NCBI GenBank assembly: GCA_965205025.1
Contig: CBDBFU010000011.1
Location: 32,001 to 96,000, forward strand
Origin: Candidatus Poribacteria bacterium
Lineage (GTDB): Bacteria > Poribacteria > WGA-4E > WGA-3G
Length of the DNA stretch: 64,000 bases
Direction of reading: 5' to 3'
Part shown: piece after piece, positions 60,048 through 64,000 of the stretch
How the letters are laid out: each line of letters opens with the position of its first letter
Position numbering within the stretch: the first letter of the stretch is position 1
Position numbers and translations under genes: made by a program
Notes under the pieces: generated by a model
The model's database searches: none
Seen by the model: only the letters and a program-made list of their open reading frames with translations
Told to the model about the DNA's origin: nothing

Positions 60048-60776
60048 ATGAAAAACAGAACATTTATACAAAAATACTGGTATTATTTCGTAATATTTTC
60101 TGTGTTGATTGGCACATTGTATTCCTTAGGGATTTATTCATCACATCTCAAACGCAAGGAATTTATTGCTAAACTGATATTTATAAAAAAGCCTCCTGCT
60201 GATGCTACTCCTGGTGGACATTGGGCTACTGACGGTACATGGAATAACAAACCCTATGTGGAAAAACCGAAATATACACACCATCATAAAACCGAAACAA
60301 AAGATCCACAAAGTACATTATCCGATGAAAAACTTAAAGAAATTCAACGTTTAAAGAAAATACAGTTGACACAAGAGCTTATAGAGTTGAAGCAGATAAT
60401 AGTTGATAAAGAAGTTATGATTGAATATCTACATGCCCAATTACCAGAAAATGAACGTGCTTTTGAAGAAAAAAGAGAATTCTTAAAACTTATTCAGAAG
60501 TATAACCAGCCAATCCTGGCATTCGAAGATTATGATTTTCTTTTCTCATACCCAACGCAATCGGAGATATTGGAAAAATATCAGAGCAAAGAATCTTTAC
60601 AAGCATTCTGCCATCGTGTAAAAGAGTTCCAATCTATGTTATTAGAAGTATCGGGTGAAATTGAAAAACGACCTGCATTTGCAAGACACATGCATCGAAA
60701 TTATCCAGATATTATGAAAAAACTTAAAAAATTAGCGGAATTAGAATTACCATCAATCTCTGCGGAAGGAATGTAG
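60048..60776 (+). CDS. Membrane-anchored hypothetical protein with KPP...GGHW motif and coiled coil
   Basis: N-terminal TM helix; KPPADATPGGHWATDGTW. Confidence 0.7.
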   Translation: MKNRTFIQKYWYYFVIFSVLIGTLYSLGIYSSHLKRKEFIAKLIFIKKPPADATPGGHWATDGTWNNKPYVEKPKYTHHHKTETKDPQSTLSDEKLKEIQRLKKIQLTQELIELKQIIVDKEVMIEYLHAQLPENERAFEEKREFLKLIQKYNQPILAFEDYDFLFSYPTQSEILEKYQSKESLQAFCHRVKEFQSMLLEVSGEIEKRPAFARHMHRNYPDIMKKLKKLAELELPSISAEGM

Positions 60777-60888
60777 CAATAATAACGCAAGGATGGGAAC
60801 AGGATTTTGAAGGATCGGGGAGCGAAATCCCCTCCTACCCAAGAGCCTAATGCTTATATTGACGCTTATGGGTCTCTTTTGTAAACAT

Positions 60889-62826
60889 CTAAGGATAAAA
60901 TTGGTACATGGTTGTGTTTGTAATTACATTTAATATACTCCATGTTGTCCCCATGAGATAATCACCAAGAACCAATCCAAGAAAGAAGGGAACAACACGA
61001 CGATAACTTTGTATACCACCATGTCGTAATATCAACCATTTTAACGTTAATGCAATCAATAAAGGAATCCATAAGTCCGACATCTCCTGATTGCTTGCCA
61101 TGACATATCCGAGGGGATGTAATGGCAACCAAAAGAATTTGACTCGCAAATACGTCAAAACCATCATCACACTAAACCCTATCCCCATGAATATTACGCC
61201 TATCCAATCAGTATCAACTGGGTAGTTAATCCAATTCGTTAATCTACTGAAATATTGCCTACCATATCCCAATGCCCAAGGTCCATAGTAACCAGTATCT
61301 GCACCAAACTGGTAATACATATGGAGTTGCACCCAAAATGCAACAAGTCCTCCCATAACAGTTGCAATTAATAGAGAATACAGCATTTTACGTTGACTAA
61401 TATTAGCCACCTCAGAAATTTTAAATGCCTCAAGTTGGTGTGGCATCTGCTGTGGACGGTAATCCCTATTAAAAAAACAAACAGATAATGCTGTTAAATT
61501 TTGTGCACCGAGTCTGTGTGTTCCTATGATTGTATTTAAGATGTACCGGGGTGCTTGCCAGTGATAGGCATGGACGAAAATTCCTGATTCAGCACGGATT
61601 CGTGTCGTAACCAATGGTGTGATTAAAAAAAGAACAGCGAAAGATAATGCTAACCAAATTGCCATACCCGCTTTGTAGAGTAAAAAAGCAAATATTAGTA
61701 TTCCTATAACAAAACCCCATACTGCAGTCCGATATGACATTGGATGTGTAGATGCTAGCTCAGGGGGTTCTCTCCCTCTATTAAATGCACTTTTTAATAC
61801 CTCTTTGAAATGCCTTTTACCCGTCCACCAAAAGAAGAAACATAATCCCACAAATGCCCCAATTGTTTGTTCGTTCAGGTACGGAAAACGCGGAATACTT
61901 TTCCAACCAACTGCACCTGCTAAAGCAACTTCGTTTCGATAAAGAAAATAGAAGAAGGTTGTGGAGAAAAGTACATCCAAAGGCATAAGGAACATAATTC
62001 CAATTGCAAACGGATAGAAGGCGGTTATGATTGTGCCATAGTAGCTTAATGGGGGTTCACTAAATCTGAAGAAACGTCGTGTTACTGGTATATGAGGTAT
62101 AACAGGATAGAGATGACTTAATCCATTAAACAGACTGATACCTGCAGCAATCGAAAAACCGATCCACATCCTCTTATTACGAAAAAAGTTCGTCTTTGGA
62201 TTTGTCATTGCCAGTGGAAGTTGAATGACAGGAAATGTCAACCTTTCACGTTGGGACCACTGTTGCCTTAATATAGTGTTAAGACATAAAAAGATAAAAC
62301 CGATTACAGTGAATAATAACAACCACCCCCCAACGACAGGTATCCACACTCGTAAATGCTGTGGTAGGTACAGTGTTGAATCACCTTGATAATAGCCACG
62401 CAATACGTCTTGGTCTGAGACGGTTAACCAATTTGGTAGATGATGCCAGAAGAGTGTCTGCCATTCATTTTCTTCTGTAGCGAACCATGTACTATGTCCG
62501 AGAACTGATAAGACGGCTTGTAAAATATCACAACCTGCTAAAGATGTAGCGACACTTAAGGAGACATAAAGAAATAGAAACTCACCTTGTCCCAGAGCAA
62601 AAACCGGCGTTAAGTATTTTAAAAGGGTATTTATGATGAGGATTACTGTGAGAATAAAAATGACATTGGAGAGTGGAACAACCCATGTCGGGAAAGTATA
62701 CCGAACCAACTCCATTTGGATGAGGAAATAACAGTTTATTGGTGAGAGGATTGTGAAGATGAGTAATACGCGCCAAGTGAGGATACGCTGTTGCGGGAGA
62801 GATGCCAATTCGCCTACCTCTGTCAC
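60889..62826 (-). CDS. Polytopic membrane protein, DUF6785/DUF6784-like (putative peptide transporter)
   Basis: RQQWSQRERLTFP, RIRAESG, WLPLHPLGY, PFFLGLVLGD; many TM helices. Confidence 0.75.
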   Translation of the reverse strand: MTEVGELASLPQQRILTWRVLLIFTILSPINCYFLIQMELVRYTFPTWVVPLSNVIFILTVILIINTLLKYLTPVFALGQGEFLFLYVSLSVATSLAGCDILQAVLSVLGHSTWFATEENEWQTLFWHHLPNWLTVSDQDVLRGYYQGDSTLYLPQHLRVWIPVVGGWLLLFTVIGFIFLCLNTILRQQWSQRERLTFPVIQLPLAMTNPKTNFFRNKRMWIGFSIAAGISLFNGLSHLYPVIPHIPVTRRFFRFSEPPLSYYGTIITAFYPFAIGIMFLMPLDVLFSTTFFYFLYRNEVALAGAVGWKSIPRFPYLNEQTIGAFVGLCFFFWWTGKRHFKEVLKSAFNRGREPPELASTHPMSYRTAVWGFVIGILIFAFLLYKAGMAIWLALSFAVLFLITPLVTTRIRAESGIFVHAYHWQAPRYILNTIIGTHRLGAQNLTALSVCFFNRDYRPQQMPHQLEAFKISEVANISQRKMLYSLLIATVMGGLVAFWVQLHMYYQFGADTGYYGPWALGYGRQYFSRLTNWINYPVDTDWIGVIFMGIGFSVMMVLTYLRVKFFWLPLHPLGYVMASNQEMSDLWIPLLIALTLKWLILRHGGIQSYRRVVPFFLGLVLGDYLMGTTWSILNVITNTTMYQFYP

Positions 62827-63105
62827 TTCGGTTTAAAGTGATGTTGATATTAGCAGAGATAAGTTAGGGATTCAAGTAAATTGGCTGATAGTGCAGAGTC
62901 ATTCAATTGTAGATAAAGATATTTTCTGACATAGGTTTCTTCTGTAGGAGCGATCTCCGAATCGCGACTCATAACACGAATGGTCGGGAATCGGATTTCC
63001 CTCCTACATAACATGATCTGATATGTGAATTAAATGAAAAGTGTTAAAATGATAGTTAATTTACCAAGGATTTACAATAATCAGACAATAATGTTTGTTT
63101 ATTTT

Positions 63106-64000
63106 TTACCACTTACCCTGAACTGGTTTTTCACTTGCCTTTTCATAAAGTTCTGACCATTCTTTCGTGCCATCATCATAGGTTAATTCGAGACGTGTCC
63201 CTTCAACATACGCCTCACCATTCCCAGCATTAAAATAACTTAATCCATCACCAGCCATGTGAATACAACTCCCATCGGGATAGACTGCAGTTTTAATCAA
63301 TCGTGGATGGTCGTGGATGGTATACCCATCAGAATCTAATTCCGCAGATGGAACACGGTATTGTTCGATTGCATCTTCATCTACCTCAATACCTAATCCT
63401 GGAGCATCAGGGACGGTATGACAACCATCTGTTACAACTATAGGTTGCTTTAAGAGATGGTGGCTATATAGGTTTAGACAAGTAATTGCAGGCCAGGTGG
63501 CATGGGTAAGTACACTACCAAGATGTGCTGCCCATGTAGATGTAATTCCATTACCTACAATTTGGAGCCAGAACGGCATATCCGCTGCAGCACTTTGATA
63601 ACCTTGATTCATCACTGTTGATTTACCACCACCAATAACAAATCCATTACACACGTCTTCACGAACACAAGTCGTATATGGTGGTGAACCGAAATGCATA
63701 GCAATAGGACAATCAACCTTCTGCCGTATCTCTTTATTTCCTTCAACATCTCCCTGTGGAATTGGAGACTCAAAGATAGCCACATTCGGATGTGCAGCAA
63801 GTTTTTGCAATATCGGTATGGCAGTTTCTGCATCACGCAAGCAACCGTTTGGATCCAGATCCAATTTAAATTCAGTCGGCACAACTTCTGCGATTGCTTC
63901 AACCTGTTCCACAATATCCCACCAGGGACGGGGTTTGTTTTTGAAGCTTGTATATCCATTTTCAACTGCATCTGCTGCTTCTGCAGCCCAATTCTCTGGT
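63106..64000 (-). CDS. Mandelate racemase/muconate lactonizing enzyme family protein, 5' part outside window
   Basis: KNKPRPWWD upstream of the tracked start, DPN, ESP, PGLGIEVD. Confidence 0.8.
   Translation of the reverse strand, partial: PENWAAEAADAVENGYTSFKNKPRPWWDIVEQVEAIAEVVPTEFKLDLDPNGCLRDAETAIPILQKLAAHPNVAIFESPIPQGDVEGNKEIRQKVDCPIAMHFGSPPYTTCVREDVCNGFVIGGGKSTVMNQGYQSAAADMPFWLQIVGNGITSTWAAHLGSVLTHATWPAITCLNLYSHHLLKQPIVVTDGCHTVPDAPGLGIEVDEDAIEQYRVPSAELDSDGYTIHDHPRLIKTAVYPDGSCIHMAGDGLSYFNAGNGEAYVEGTRLELTYDDGTKEWSELYEKASEKPVQGKW

Noticed and set aside
1881-63971. Numerous short ORFs antisense to or nested in well-supported genes
   Set aside because: Shadow ORFs with no motifs or RBS

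Overview
AT-rich bacterial chromosomal window. It is most likely from Candidatus Poribacteria, a sponge-associated lineage. This is an inference from recurring signatures: secreted proteins ending in a V-x-P-x-x-K-x-x-x-T-W-G/A-x-L/I-K tail, dockerin plus 'LLPNYPNPFNPETWIPYQL' C-terminal domains, several PhyH dioxygenases, a sulfatase and enolase-superfamily genes. Core genes (hisD end, cyclophilins, comM, lptF/lptG, polyprenyl synthase, lacD-like aldolase, MATE, DppA) alternate with variable islands of secreted proteins, a fused restriction-methylase, gene remnants and many small MITE/REP-like repeats. No rRNA, tRNA, CRISPR array or intact transposase was seen. Best leads: (1) a rhodanese whose catalytic Cys codon is an in-frame TGA, a probable selenoprotein; (2) a PhyH-family Fe/2OG enzyme with HxG instead of HxD, the halogenase-type signature, next to an aminotransferase; (3) an operon of Cys/His-rich secreted proteins whose leader carries a 27-aa CxxCxC uORF overlapped by a fully delimited antisense sRNA; (4) a shared C-terminal 'TW' tail on five secreted proteins of different folds; (5) tandem HEXXH metalloprotease paralogs, one split from its dockerin/sorting module by a 20-bp tandem duplication; (6) a multi-hairpin attenuator-like leader with a C10 tract; (7) dispersed non-coding modules built like recombination sites.
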